This document shows, piece after piece, positions 12,725-28,650 of a stretch of 64,000 bases of DNA. Source of the DNA: Octopus bimaculoides. Taxonomy: Eukaryota. Location of the stretch: contig NC_068986.1 of the NCBI RefSeq assembly GCF_001194135.2, positions 115,925,952 through 115,989,951 on the forward strand, written 5' to 3'. Position 1 is the first letter of the stretch. Each line of letters opens with the position of its first letter. A program made the translations under genes and the position numbers. A model generated the notes under the pieces. That model worked only from the letters and a program-made list of their open reading frames with translations. It did no database searches and had not been told where the DNA came from.

Positions 12725-13403
12725 TACCTCTCGATATCCTGTTGCTTATTTTATATATATATATATAGATTGATAGAAAGGAAGGTGTTTAATCAGCTGG
12801 ACACGATAATGAACAGTAGAGTTGTTGCTTGGTTTTTAGCATTTGGTTAGACCACCAGTGTGTAGAACTGTGATGAATCCCATTCCAGTTGTGATCATCC
12901 TGCCTTTCCCGTTTTCTTTTTACCCAGATTATGTTATCTAATGTGTCTTTTTATGAGATAGTAGTGTGTGTGATTTGAGGGAGATCTAACTGCTAATTCT
13001 AGCATTCTGAGTGGTCTCATATTAGGGCTTTTCATTGTCTTGAGAGTAGCTGTTTAATTACTGGAGAAGTGTTAAGGATATGAATTTTGCTGATATGTAG
13101 CAGCAGGTGTAGGCAGGAACTTTGCACGGTTGTTATCAGTAAATAAACAGTAGTAGGTACATAAAAGATAGACACACAGTGGTAAACATGACTTTGGATG
13201 CACCAATTGAACTAAGGGCCATGGACTTGTGGTGCATGGATGGTAATGGGTGGAGGGGTAGATAAGCTGTGGGTAGATCTGTCACAAGTATTATGGTTAT
13301 GGAATCACATTTAATGTTACCCTCATATTTTCTGATTTGGGATATTGGGATATTTTCAGTGATTTGGTTAGCCTCAATGAGGAGGATGTTGTCCTCTGTC
13401 TTC

Positions 13404-13732
13404 CTTACCAAAAATGGCCCACCTGGCACCATGCATTCATTGCATTGCAATGGCTGCGATATATGGCCACCTCCGATCGGGAGAGGAGCGGCCCGTTTCG
13501 CCCATTCTGAGTTTGAGAGTAGACCGAGGCCATCAATTTCCCCGGGGCCTCCAGTCGTTCACTTTACTGGAGGGAATTGCGTGTTGTTCTCCTGCTGGCG
13601 CCAGCTATCCTGAGGAAAACTTTGGAGGGAACCAGCTACTAGACGGTCCGATTGGTCTTTCGCCCCTACACCCGGTCGATTTGCATGTCAGAGGCGCTTT
13701 GGACTTCCGCCAGAGTTTCCTCTGGCTTCGTC
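13404..13732 (-). pseudogene. 28S rRNA: Isolated 28S (LSU) rRNA fragment, ~330 bp
   Basis: The + strand reads as the reverse complement of conserved LSU segments: CTTACCAAAAATGGCCCAC, GCGCCAGCTATCCTGAGG.AAACTT.GGAGGGAACCAGCTACTAGA.GGT.CGATT.GTCTTTCGCCCCTA, CCAGAGTTTCCTCTGGCTTCG. No other rDNA in the window. Confidence 0.9.
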
Positions 13733-14225
13733 TCTCTCATTTTAGCATCAATGGAGAGAGAGCAAACATACAAAAGGTTAGCCAGATTTAACAGGCTAAG
13801 ATTTCATAAACCTATGAGTGATAAAACAATTAACAGATAATGTCACATTAAATTATTCCTTTAAATAGTGGCCAAAAATACAAGACAAGAGGAAGACTTG
13901 CTCTCTGGTCTTTCTCTTATCTTTTATCTCTGGCCATCTCTCTCTCACTCAAACTCACACACACACACACACCCTGTGGTCAACTTTGCCTTTCATCAAT
14001 TTGAGGTTGACAAAATAAAGTAGTCCGTGTAATCATCTTGTCTCCCCCCCACGCCTTAAAATTGCTGGCCATACACCCTGCTACAGACCAGAGCCCTCCT
14101 CAGAGCAATGTTGTTATCTTGGTCACTTATATGGAATGGCAAATGAGAAACTGGCCTTGTGAATCGTTGGGCTCAAGGATATATAAAATAGGGATTTACT
14201 GCGTGTATGCATATGCAAGAATAAC

Positions 14226-14269
14226 ACACCTGATGACTACTGAGGATCAAACCAACTGAAATGTAGTGT
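14226..14269 (+). ncRNA. Strongly degenerate hammerhead motif
   Basis: ACAC CUGAUGA [helix II decayed] GAAAU GUA GUGU. Core and 4-bp helix I present; helix II no longer pairs. Confidence 0.4.
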
Positions 14270-14295
14270 TAATGTGAATATTGTAAATCAGGAAC

Positions 14296-14518
14296 CGAGC
14301 TGGCAGAATTATTAGCAGACTGGGCAAAGTGCATGCATAGTGGCATTTTGTCTGTCTTTACTTTCCGAGTTCAAATTCTGCTGAGGTTGACTTTGCATTT
14401 CATCCTTTTGGGGTCAGTAAAATAAGTACCAGTTGCGTATGGGAGTTTATATAATCGACTTATCCCCTCCCACAGACTTGCTGGCTTTGTGCCAAAATTT
14501 GAAACCAATATAAATATT
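14296..14518 (+). mobile_element. tRNA-headed SINE family C (TTTCATCCTTT.GGGGTC.A.TAAA.TAAGTACCAG motif)
   Basis: B box GAGTTCAAATTC. Other copies at about 6846-7060, 43885-44035 and 44085-44255 (+), and 55750-55915 (-). Confidence 0.75.
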
Positions 14519-14735
14519 CTTTTCTACTCTAGGCACAAAGCCCAAAATTTTTGGGGAGTTGGGGGGGGGCAGTCAATTAGATCGACCCCAGTACGCAACT
14601 GGTATTTAATTTATCGACCCTGAAAGGATGAAAACAAAGTCGACCTCAGCAGAATTTGAACTCAGAACATAAAGACAGATGCAATACCACTAAGCATTTT
14701 GCCCAGCATGCTAACGTTTCTGCCAATTCGCTGCC
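14519..14735 (-). mobile_element. SINE family C copy inserted antisense into the tail of another family C copy
   Basis: 20-bp TSD TTGAAACCAATATAAATATT at 14499-14518 and 14736-14755. Confidence 0.85.
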
Positions 14736-15405
14736 TTGAAACCAATATAAATATTGTGAATATACTGAAGATGAAGTCTGAAAATGTATAACCCTCTTCC
14801 AGTTAACTGTTGTTTTAATTCATTCATATTATAATTTTGTTTAAATTTTGATTATATATTTTATTTGTGTTGTTTGGATTTAAGTAGTTTCACTATACAT
14901 TCTGATTATATATATATATATTTTATATTTTTATTTGTTCCAGGTTTAAAAAGTTCCAATGGATTGTACAAATGACTTCCAAAACGGCCTTCAAGAAAAC
15001 GTAAACTGTGGTCTCCGGCACTTCTTTCACAGAAATTGCAGAGATTATGTCATTGAACCAGAAGGAACTACTAGAAACCAATACAATTAATTAAAAAAAA
15101 AAAAAAAGAAAAAAAAGAGGATTAAAAGACTCTCATAAATCTCTGATCCACTTTCCACCAATTCAAAAAAACACTCATAACTGCTCTCCTCACATGTTAA
15201 CCTCTTCCTCCTCCTCTATTGGCCACATATATCCGTGGATACACTTCAACACAAATATCTCTACACACTTACACCTGTCCATCTGTCTATACACTTTGTG
15301 AAAGTGTCTGCCTGTCTGTCTATATAAATTGCATCCTGAATCGGAGTGGAAGAAGTCAAACAAGTCTGGCAGTGGTAGTGGTGGTGTTACAGAAGCAGCA
15401 GCAGC

Positions 15406-15442
<37 letters not shown>

Positions 15443-15560
15443 ATAGTAGTTGATATTGCACTTAAAAGCTGAGCATTTGGTTGAGAAGGAGGAGGACTGG
15501 AGAGGTACTTGTAAAATACCTTTTTTAGTATCTACAGAGAGAGGGTGAGTGGGATATATA

Positions 15561-15621
<61 letters not shown>

Positions 15622-16699
15622 TACATACATAGAAGCAAAGGGGATAAGCGGCTGTTATTATAGCTATCATCTACCTCTACTCTCTCTATTTCACTTCCTC
15701 CTACACCACTCCCAGTTGTCCGCCTCCCCCCTTACACTGCCTCCACCACCACCACTGCTGCCGTCGCCGCCACCGGCGCCTCCACCACCATCACCTCCAC
15801 CACCATCAGCTGGTACTGCAAGAATGTTGGGCATTTGGGTCAGTGATTTTAAACTGCATAAAAAATGAAGCTCCAGCTAGGTAAATGTAAATAAATAAGA
15901 TAAAAAAAACACTGTAAACACACTCATGCACTAGTACACACTCACACACACACACACATGCACACGTATATATTTGTAAAATACATAGTTAAACACAATA
16001 GCAACAAAAACAACAACGACAACAACAGCAGCAGCAGCAGTAATAGCTGCAACACTGAACAGTTTTTAACACTTCAAATGAAATCAAAGCCTTTTACGAA
16101 ACTTTCAGCACCCCTCTTTCCTTTTCCTCCTCCTTCTCCTCCTCCCCATACCTGTCTTCCAGTGCTTTAACTGCTAAACTCATCCCCCCCTCTCTCTCTC
16201 GCTCTCTCTGCTGCTCCTCTCATCAAGGTGGGCCACCTTCTCAGCTGAAGGAAAGAACTTCCTTATAGACAATCTTTGAATTTTCTTTCATCGCATAGGA
16301 GAGAGAGAGAAGTAAGCATACACACACATCACAACATAACTCAGCCGTGTTTGTAGAAAGAGTAAGCCTTACCTTGAAGCTGTGTAGGTTTTGTAATTTG
16401 GTGTATGTTAAAAGAAAAATCTAGTACAACTATACATACATTTTACGCATATAAATGTATATCTTTATAATCGCACACAAAAACTAAATTAAAATAAAAA
16501 CTAAATTAAAAAGAGAAAATATATATTCCATCGTATATATAATATATATATATTCCCTTACACACACGTGTGTGTGTAAGATATCTATCTATCTATCTAT
16601 CTATATACTTATAGACACCATTATACATATATATTTATATATATACTACATATAAAAAAAAATTTCTATTCATTCTTCACTATTATTTTTCTCAAGTAG

Positions 16700-19436
<2,737 letters not shown>

Positions 19437-20716
19437 TGATTGATTTGTGTGTTATTCTTGTAAACCCTATGAAGTACAAGGATTCCGAACAAGCTTCATA
19501 CACACTAGTGGGCTCTATGTGTTCTCAATGGTGGTGTTGTGTTCCCAATCAACCATTGAAGTTTAACTGTTGAAGTTGCTTTAGTTTTACCTCAGAGAAA
19601 CTCATTGTTGATCTTCTGCTGCCATTGTTTCTGTGGCTGCTGTTGCTGTGTAATGATTTGAATTACCATGTCTGATTGTAATAAGTGGTAGTGGTTTGTC
19701 ATAAAACATCTTAGGTGCTTGGATCTACAATGACATAGCCAATCAGATACCTGTATAATCCTATGACAACAGTCATGTATCACACCAGTCATATGTCATT
19801 TGAATCACATGACCATCCAGTTATAGTGTCAGTTGTAGTCATTGCTTTGATTACAGGCACTGCCAGGAACCCTTGTATATGTTTGCTTGTTGGAATTTTG
19901 TGTTGGTGATTACTAAGTTGTATTCTTCGTTTTCAGTTAAGACCATTCAAGTTAGCCTCTTTCCACACTAAAGACTGCCTGTCAGTATTAAAGTAGGAGT
20001 GCTGTCCATTATTCCAATAGAAGACTGTTTGGTTTTTGTCAGTAAATTCCAGAATGTTTCAAACTCCAAATTGTTTCTTTTGTCTCAAGCTGGAGATATC
20101 CTGTTGGGGAAGCTGAAGTGAGCAGTGTTTTAGGCACTTCATTTAGCCCCTTCTTGATGTAGGGTTAGCAGAGTGGATCTTAGGAAAGACTGCTCAGATG
20201 CAGATGGAGTTGCCAAAGGATGTCTCTGCCTTAGTTCAAATATTGGTAAGCATCACATGGCTCCTACCTTCATGCCATTTCTTGACCAGGAACCCCCAGT
20301 TTTTACATTCCTATTTCCATCACCACTAGATAGTCACCAAAGGACTTTGGGAGGTGGAAGGGATACGGAAGATGTCTTTGTGTGGCTTTGTTTTGCATGG
20401 AGAAGTTGTGCATCACTTTCCACATGACCCCTTGATGGTGAAAAACCTTGGTTCAGTGACAAGGAAAAGAATTGAAGATGATTGCTGACAGCAAACTATT
20501 GCAGCCATCATCTTTCATCACACCTGTTGAAGGTGTGCAGTTCATATCTACCTGTTCTGTGAATTTCACAGTAATCCTGGCATAAGTAGGAAGGATGGAT
20601 TTAGCCCTTACTCAAGGTGCCACTTCATGTCTTCAGCAGACAGAGAAGGGACGGGGGTACTTAATGTCCTCTTCACAGATTGATTCTGCAGTGTGTCCTG
20701 CTCTATATCCATATAG

Positions 20717-20765
<49 letters not shown>

Positions 20766-22919
20766 GTTTCTACATAATTTTCACCTACCAAATTCCATTC
20801 ACAAAGCACTGGTAAGCCTAAAGCTATTGTAGGAGATGCCTGTTTAAGGTGTTGCACCATAGGATCAAATCTTGGACCACATAGTTGTGAAGTGAGTGTC
20901 TTTAACCATTCATTCATGCCCTGATCCATCGCTACAATATTACAAAAGCAGTGGAATATATTTGTACAAATAGATGGGATGTAAAGTGCTGATGAAGGTA
21001 TATTTAAAATGTCCCTCTTCCATTTCATATCACTTCATTCCTTGATGCTGTTTAAGCTAGGATGGCTTTTTCCCTTTTATATATTTTTGGTTTGGCGTTA
21101 GGAAGGGCATCTAGCTGTAGAAACCCTGCCAAATCAGACTAGAGTCTGGTGCGGCCTTCCAGCTGGCCAGCCCTGGTCAAACTGTCCAACCCATGCCAGC
21201 ATGGACAATGGACATTAAATAATGATGCCGATGATGATTTATTGACATTCTGTAATATATTTTATACACTCCCATATTTAAATACATGAGAGAATACAGT
21301 AGTCATGGAGAGGAACTGAATAATCCATCTCGATCAGTTCATATGCCTGTAGCCAAAAGCTTAAAACCTCAAAGCTCTATATCCATTCATGTGTAAAGAA
21401 GGTGGTGCCTGCACTTAACCGCTGTCCAAATCCTGAAACCAGTTAAAGAATGAAAGAAAAAAAAATTAATTTACATGAATATTTCACAGCTTTGCTTTAA
21501 CAAGTCTCGAGGCTTAATATTTTCCAATCCTTTCTATTTTGATATCTTGTCAGGCTGCAAGCAGAAATCTTAGAAGTAGATGCAAGGGATTGTTTATTTC
21601 ATTTGCTTTACATTGCAATTGGTTATTTATTTCTAATAAGCTAATCACCGTTTCACTGTATTTCAGATGTTAAGAGTGATTGTAACTCACTTCAGGGCAA
21701 ATGTCCTTATTGGTTTCCTTCAGAGGGTTAGATCCTCTGATAAAAGATGCACAGATCAATACACTTGCACACGAACACACAAATACACATACACACACAC
21801 AGCTTTAACTACTGACATTGCTAGATAGAGTGGTACTGGTAAAAGGTGTTGAAACAACAGTAAAATGTTGTTCATGATGGGAGGTTATGTGTTCATGTCT
21901 TGTTTTTTGTCTTTTGTTTCTCTTTCACTGCAAATCTGTGCCTCATCTGAGTCAAAAGTCTATTCACATTCCTTGGTTTTTGCTTTTTCCTCTAATTTTT
22001 CTCTTATCTTATTCTATAATTTTTAATGACTCTGCCATTTTCCAAAAACTCAGTTAAATGACCAAAAATTATTATCTGAGAGGTATGCAAGACAAAGATA
22101 ACCATATCATATGTGTGAAAGAACAAAGAGAACAACAGAGATTTAAGATCTTTGCTGTTACAGTTTAGCATGTTTTGTTCTGGTTATCGACAGCATAATT
22201 TGTACTTAACAGAACTGGAAGCCAGCATTAGTGCGTTAGTAAACAATACTAACAAACACAGCCATTGAACCTTGCATCACTATATTTATTACGATGGTGC
22301 TTATTGTTTATGGGTGAAAGTATGGACTTGTTGAATTTATGTATGAGTGTGTATGAGTATCTTGTTCATTTGTTTGTTTTGTTCATTCATTTATATATGT
22401 CTATTATTCCATGCTGGTATGGGTTAGATGAAACCAGTTCAGACAGATTTTCTAGTATGGGATGTTCTCTCTGTTGCCAACTCTGGCTTGATTTCTAAGT
22501 AAGGAACTTTTCTTTTTCCTACTTATGGACTTCACATGCCGAAAGCTGGGTCTATGGAACTTTTGATTACCAGAGAATGTAAAGAAAGAAAACCGTTTTT
22601 TCACCCAGTGTTAACAAAGACACACATAATGACTTTGATGCACATGTGTATATACACATGCACATTTGCATACACACACGCACACACGACTGGCTTCTTT
22701 TCAGTTTCTATCTACTGGTTCCATTCTTTTACTTTGTTTTACTTGTTTCAGCCACTGGACTGTGGCCATGCTGGGGTACTGCTTTCAAGGGTTGAGCCGA
22801 ACAGATTGACTGCAGTTTTTTTGCAGAAGTATGGTTCTGATTGATTGCTTTTGCAAAACTGCTGAGTCACAGACATACACAAAACAACACTGGTTGCTAA
22901 GTGATAGCAGGAATGCAAA

Positions 22920-22964
<45 letters not shown>

Positions 22965-23102
22965 ATGATGGTCTTCCACATTTTCCATTTACCAACTCCA
23001 CTCTCAAGGTATTGTTTGCTCAAAGTGCCTTGCAGTGGGACTGAACTCCAAACATCATAGTTGCGAAGTGAGCTTCTTAACCACTGCCATGCCTGCTTCA
23101 TT

Positions 23103-23142
<40 letters not shown>

Positions 23143-23341
23143 TAGGTAAGATATACATCATATCTGTTTGTAAGATATCTCCGTAACATTTCCAAATGGC
23201 TCCTACCCTTCCTTAAAATACATTTAGTATTTCTGTGTGTTTTTTTTTTTAAATAAGAATGTGCAACTATGAACAGATTGGTAAATGTAACGTAGGTATT
23301 TTACAAGCAGACATATTGTATATCTTATTATATATATATTA

Positions 23342-23374
<33 letters not shown>

Positions 23375-24042
23375 TCTATGGCAGTTTAGAGGCGTATTCA
23401 GTTGTTTGATCTACTGAACTACCTCCTCATTGAATTAGTATGCAACTGGCTGTGTATTCCATGGACACATGTACCCTTAGTGCCTGTGTCTCTCTGTCTA
23501 CAACTACAATAGTCTCTGTTCCTTGGACCCTGCTGGTCTCCAGGCATCTCCATTCAGGCACCACTTCCTATTTCTTCCCTTTTCGTCACCCATGTTATGA
23601 ACCCATTTCTGCACCCCTACCAATCACTTCACTCAGTTCTTCCTCCCTGATCTGTGGACCCTCTGAAATTCTTTCTCTACTCTTGTTTTTCTGTACCCGT
23701 TGATTTGCAGATGTTCAGAAACAATGATATTGATTCTTGGACTAGAGAAGGGAGCTGTGCCCTTGGCTGAAGCCCCTTTTTCTAGCGAAACCATCAAAGG
23801 AAAAACAAACAAACTGAGGCACAGCTCAGCCTAACTGGAATGAACATAGGAGACAGGTGCTATTATGATTAGGTTCAGTGTGTCGTTAGTAATGCTATGA
23901 AGGAGATGAACATGTAAGATAATAAGTAGGTCAGGTGTTGCTCATCAGCAAGTTAATCATGTAGAATATATGAAGGTGTTCTCTACAATGAATGATATGG
24001 CAATATCAGTTGTCAACTGTCACAAGACAGAGCAGACATACT

Positions 24043-24076
<34 letters not shown>

Positions 24077-24259
24077 CACAGCCACACACACACAGACACA
24101 CACACACAAATTGCCGGAGCAAGACTCAGAAGCTTATATGATTTTAGTAAAGCTGGTTGAGGATACGGATAGTCTGGATAAAATTTAAGTTTGTGTCAGT
24201 GTGGAACCCTCAGGTGACCTATTTCTGGTGAGACAATGGTACGGAAGAGTTTGTTGTTC

Positions 24260-24455
24260 AGTCTACTTACCATTTGCTTGTTAATCTTGAGGTTTGAGCA
24301 AAACCTTGGTCAAGATTCTTTGCTTTGTGGCCTAACATCCCTCTACAAAGGAAACTAGGAATAGATGAATGGCTTCCTAAAGGCTGTACTAACCCTGTAT
24401 GAAGATGGATTTTACAAGGTTAGGAGCGGTGCCATGTGCCCTGAGGAATTTGGTA
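24260..24455 (+). mobile_element. Old RTE LINE RT remnant
   Basis: RKLGIDEWL/LKAVLTLYEDGFYKVRSG..EEF begins like the RKLGIEE end of the 63680 copy and continues as RTE RT sequence. Confidence 0.55.
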
Positions 24456-25569
24456 GACACATGATGGTCAACAGTTCTTTGTCTTTAACTTTCTTATTCT
24501 TTATAGTTTTCATGATGATGATGATGATGGTGATGATAATGACATGAGTTTAGGAATGTTTGTCTTTAAGAACTTTTCTATGTTTATGATTCATTGTTTT
24601 CATTTTTATAAAAACTTGTTGAAGAATTTTTTAAAAAATGTTCTAAATGTTGAAGTAAAAGCTCAAGCCAGTACCTTGCTTGAATACTTGCCAATCAGGG
24701 ACCAGGCAGTAATGGTAAACTGGGAAAGGTCTACCACCCAACTACCTTAAGACACCTTGCCTGTTGTGTGTGATATCATCATCATCATCATTTAATATCC
24801 AATTTTCTGAGTTTGCATGGGTTAGGTGGAATTCTTCTGCTGAATGCTCTTCCTGTTGCCAACCCTCCCCTGTTTCCAAACAAAGTAATATTTCTCCGTG
24901 GCCAGACATGCTTTTCATGGAAGATTAAAATAATGAAGATGATACAGATTTACTGATAGAATAGAGCTTCTGTCTGACATCAGAAAACATAGGCATTGAA
25001 TTGGCAGAGTTGTTAGAACATTGGCCAGAATGCCTCACAGTATGTCTTCTAACTTTCACAGCCTGAGTTCAAATCCTGAGAATCAGTTGTTTGTTTGACA
25101 AAATTATCTAGTAATCCATCTGGGCACGAATTGAACCAGCATCTCTGAATTACCATCTGTCCTAAACAATGACATTTGTGAGTCATTGAGGGAGCTTTGA
25201 AGTGGTTACCCAACCTGCTAGATACAGCAGCCAAATCGAGTAACACTGAATCTTAATTTATTAAAGACACATAGGATAATGTAGGCTTAGATAGACTTTT
25301 CTCTGAACAAAAGATGGGCTGGTTTGATAAGTAACCTTTCAATTAAAGGTTTACTGGTTCAAGGCTGGCCTCGACTTAAACAGCACTTGTTTCCATGTTT
25401 TGTGTGTGTGTGTAGGTGTGTGATGGTAGTGAATGTATATGTGTGTGCTGTGTGTGCTGTGTGTGCTGTGTGTGCTGTGTGTGCAGATAAAATAAAGTTA
25501 CATTAGTTCAAAATAGTTCTTACTAAATATATTTAATATTTAGTTCCTTGGTACTTCCTTTTTCTTCAA

Positions 25570-25850
25570 AACCACCCACACCCACCACCACCACCACGAC
25601 CACCATCACCACCACCAAACACCCAGACAGTAACGAATATTACACTNNNNNNNNNNNNNNNNNNNNNNNNNNNNNNNNNNNNNNNNNNNNNNNNNNNNNN
25701 NNNNNNNNNNNNNNNACCATCACCACCACCACCATCACCACCACCACCACCACCACCAATACCACAACGACCACCACCACCAATACGACGACGACGACGA
25801 CCACCACCACCATCACCCATCATCATCATCATTATCACCATCTTTGTTCA
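25570..25850. repeat. (ACC/ACG/ATC)n low-complexity tract with gap
   Basis: Directly visible. Confidence 0.85.
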
Positions 25851-27728
25851 TTCTGCCCTGAGTTAGATAGATCTAAACATTCAATTGATAAACTGCTAAG
25901 CACACATCAGAGGAAATTCAAGTTATCTGGTTTAACTTGACAAAGTTCCATTATTTGTTCGACAAGTTATTCCTAGGAAACCAGTTCCAGCAACAAGTAT
26001 TCGTGAATATTTATTGGGTCTAAATTTTGCTACATCCTTGAAAGACCAAACAGAATTTTAGAGTTATCCATTCCTCATCTAAAATTTATGCACGAATGTC
26101 TACATCAGCATCATCATGATTTAATGTGTTGAGGCAGATTTCTTATGTCCAGATGCCGTTGCTGTTGTCAGCCCTCATCTGTTTCCAAGCAACATAACAT
26201 TTTCGTTTTGATCTGACATGTTTTTTCATGAAAACTGGAAATGAACAACCTTGGTGTGTATTTGCAACCATCACTTGATGTCTAGATAAGCTACATGTGA
26301 CCTCACACATATACACACACACACTCACACATACATATGCACACACACACACGTTTAGATAATTTTAAAGTAGTTACCAGCGTCGCCTTACTGGCACTTA
26401 TGCTGGTGGCACGTTAGAAAATCATTCGAGCATGGTCGATGCCAGTGCCGCTGGAATGGCTCCTGTGCAGGTGGCACGTAAAAAAACACCATTTTGAGCT
26501 TGGCTGTTGCCAGTACCGCCTAACTGGCCTTTGTGGGCACATAAAAGCACCCACTACACTCTCGGAGTGGTTGGCGTTAGGAAGGGCATCCAGCTGTAGA
26601 AACTCTGCCAGATCAGATTGCAGCCTGGTGTAGCCATCTGGTTTCACCAGTCCTCAGTCAAATTGTCCAACCCATACTAGCATGGAAAGCAGACGTTAAA
26701 CGATGATGAAGTTTGTAGCATAGAACTTGGGGTAATTTCAGGTGCAGGTGGGGGGGGGGTATCAAAAGGGTTAAATGACACCCTACCATCTTCAGGGAAA
26801 TACACAATGGATAATGTAGTTGTAGATACATTGTGTATGAAGCAAAAGGATGGGATGTTCACAGTTGGAATGCCTTTGAACATAAATTTGCTAGATCAAG
26901 ACTTATTGATGCCTGAACATCAACAGAAAGCAATTCTTTAAACATTCTTTAATCATTCTTTAATCATTCTTTAATCATTCTATTTACTTTTGCTCATGTA
27001 ACCATTGATAGCAGCTGCTGCTGCAGCTTAGGCTAAAGCCAGCTCTGATTAAGCAAAACTATGACTAAGAGCTTTTCTGCCATGACCATCCCACCCTTTT
27101 CCGGACACAGTGTATCTAGGACTGCATTATCCAACATGTCCTTTCTTCAAGATGATAGAGTGTTGTTTGAAGGATGTATTGCTCTTTCCAGCTGGTAGAG
27201 GGTTATGGAAAAAAACTCCCTCCTCACACACTGTCTCTTTCTCTCTCTCTGACCATCTTCTAAGAAACTTGTTGACCACTGAATGAACCACTGACTCCAT
27301 TCCACTGCAAAATGGAATTAACAGTTTTGATGTGTTTCTGAATGGCTTGTAAGCGTCTTCCACCCTGAAATTGCTTTAGTTTCAATGCACAGTTTCAGAT
27401 CAAATCTCTTGCCAGGCAAGTACAGTTCTAATATTCAAAAGAAGTCTTTTTAATTAAAACTTAAGTCACTTATTCTTTACTTACACCTCATTCTTAGCTA
27501 ATCCAGGCCCCACTAAAACAACTCCATACCCTGCCATATGCTTTCATTGTTGTTTTATATTCATGGCTGGCTAACAGTATACAATGTCAGTTGTTGCTGT
27601 TATATTGTCGGGTTATATATGTTATGTAAGAGTCTGTGTTGTATTTTTTATTGGGTGGAGATTTTGTTGAATACACAGTGTGCAAGTTGTGTTAATGTTT
27701 TGGGTAGTTTGTGTATAAGGTGTGTATA

Positions 27729-27940
27729 ATAGGTTGGTGCATAATTATTGTGACTTTTTTTCAATAAATTTTATTCAACAAAAAATTTAAACAAAACGCC
27801 AATTTAAGCAAAATGCCAAGCAGAAATTGAAGTAGATGCTCTGGAATAATCATTTAAAGATGTTTCTGTTAAATGCTGTTATTGTTTTTGTTGAATAAGA
27901 TTTATTGGAAAAAAGTCGCAATAATTATGCACCAACCTAA
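27729..27940. mobile_element. Mariner-type MITE, 212 bp
   Basis: TIRs (T)TAGGTTGGTGCATAATTATTG(C/T)GACTTTTTT.CAATAAA at both ends, TA duplication; TIR resembles Hsmar1/MADE1 ends. Confidence 0.85.
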
Positions 27941-27969
27941 TATATATGTGTGTGTAGTGTGTAGTGTGC

Positions 27970-28650
27970 AAGCTGTTTGAATTGAAAGTGTGTTGCGCAT
28001 GATATAGGCTGTGCCTTGCAAGGCCGTCTTTTGGACTGTATGTAATTTTTTTGTTATCATTCCTCGCTGTCTAATTATCGATAGTGTTTCCTCTTTCATG
28101 TTCTATATCCTGTTTCGTTTAGTTTGAAGTTCCTTGTACATCAATAGTTTTTCCACCACCTCCTCCTCCTGGGCAATGTTCTGCTCAGATGGGATCGAGA
28201 TGGTTATCAGAATATACACATTTTTGTTCTAGTCCTTGATGATATATTTAGACAGTTTCCAATGATTTCCTTGTTAGTCTAGTCATGTCTGATTCAAATG
28301 ACTTTAGCCATCTTATCATCATATATCATTCTTGGTTCGTATTTTTATCACTTTTGGTATAATTTCAAGTTAGAGTGTCACCATATTGTCCAGTGGACTT
28401 AGCTGCCAACTTGGTTTGTCCATAAATATTCTTGAATTTGACAAGGATCAAGCAACTAGAAATGCTGTTGTCACTTTTCTCATTGCACTACTTGTCTAGT
28501 TTACACTTCCTAATTGTTGTAATAATTATTTGTAATTATTTGTGACTAGACATTGGTCTTGTGCAATAAAAATAAGGCTTTTCACTCAGAGCTTATTTCT
28601 TTATTGTTAAGTTTTGCAGAATATTGGCCATGGTGTGATTTCTCTTTTCA
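27970..28650 (-). mobile_element. R4/Dong-type (restriction-like endonuclease) LINE C-terminal remnant
   Basis: Decayed KSHHGQY, IAQDQCLVTNNY, ILITISIPSEQN..EKLLMYKEL and QKTALQGTAYIMRNTLSI, with stops and frameshifts. Confidence 0.65.

Larger units (their letters stand above)
12283..12752. mobile_element. Penelope-like element remnant: two inverted ~143-bp hammerhead-bearing arms around an 84-bp spacer, in (TA)n
   Basis: 12382-12524 is the reverse complement of 12609-12752 with scattered transitions. (TA)n on both outer sides. Confidence 0.75.

Noticed and set aside
25548-25940. Thr-rich mucin-like or Gly-rich ORFs
   Set aside because: Translation of an (ACC)n microsatellite with a gap; no convincing splice context.
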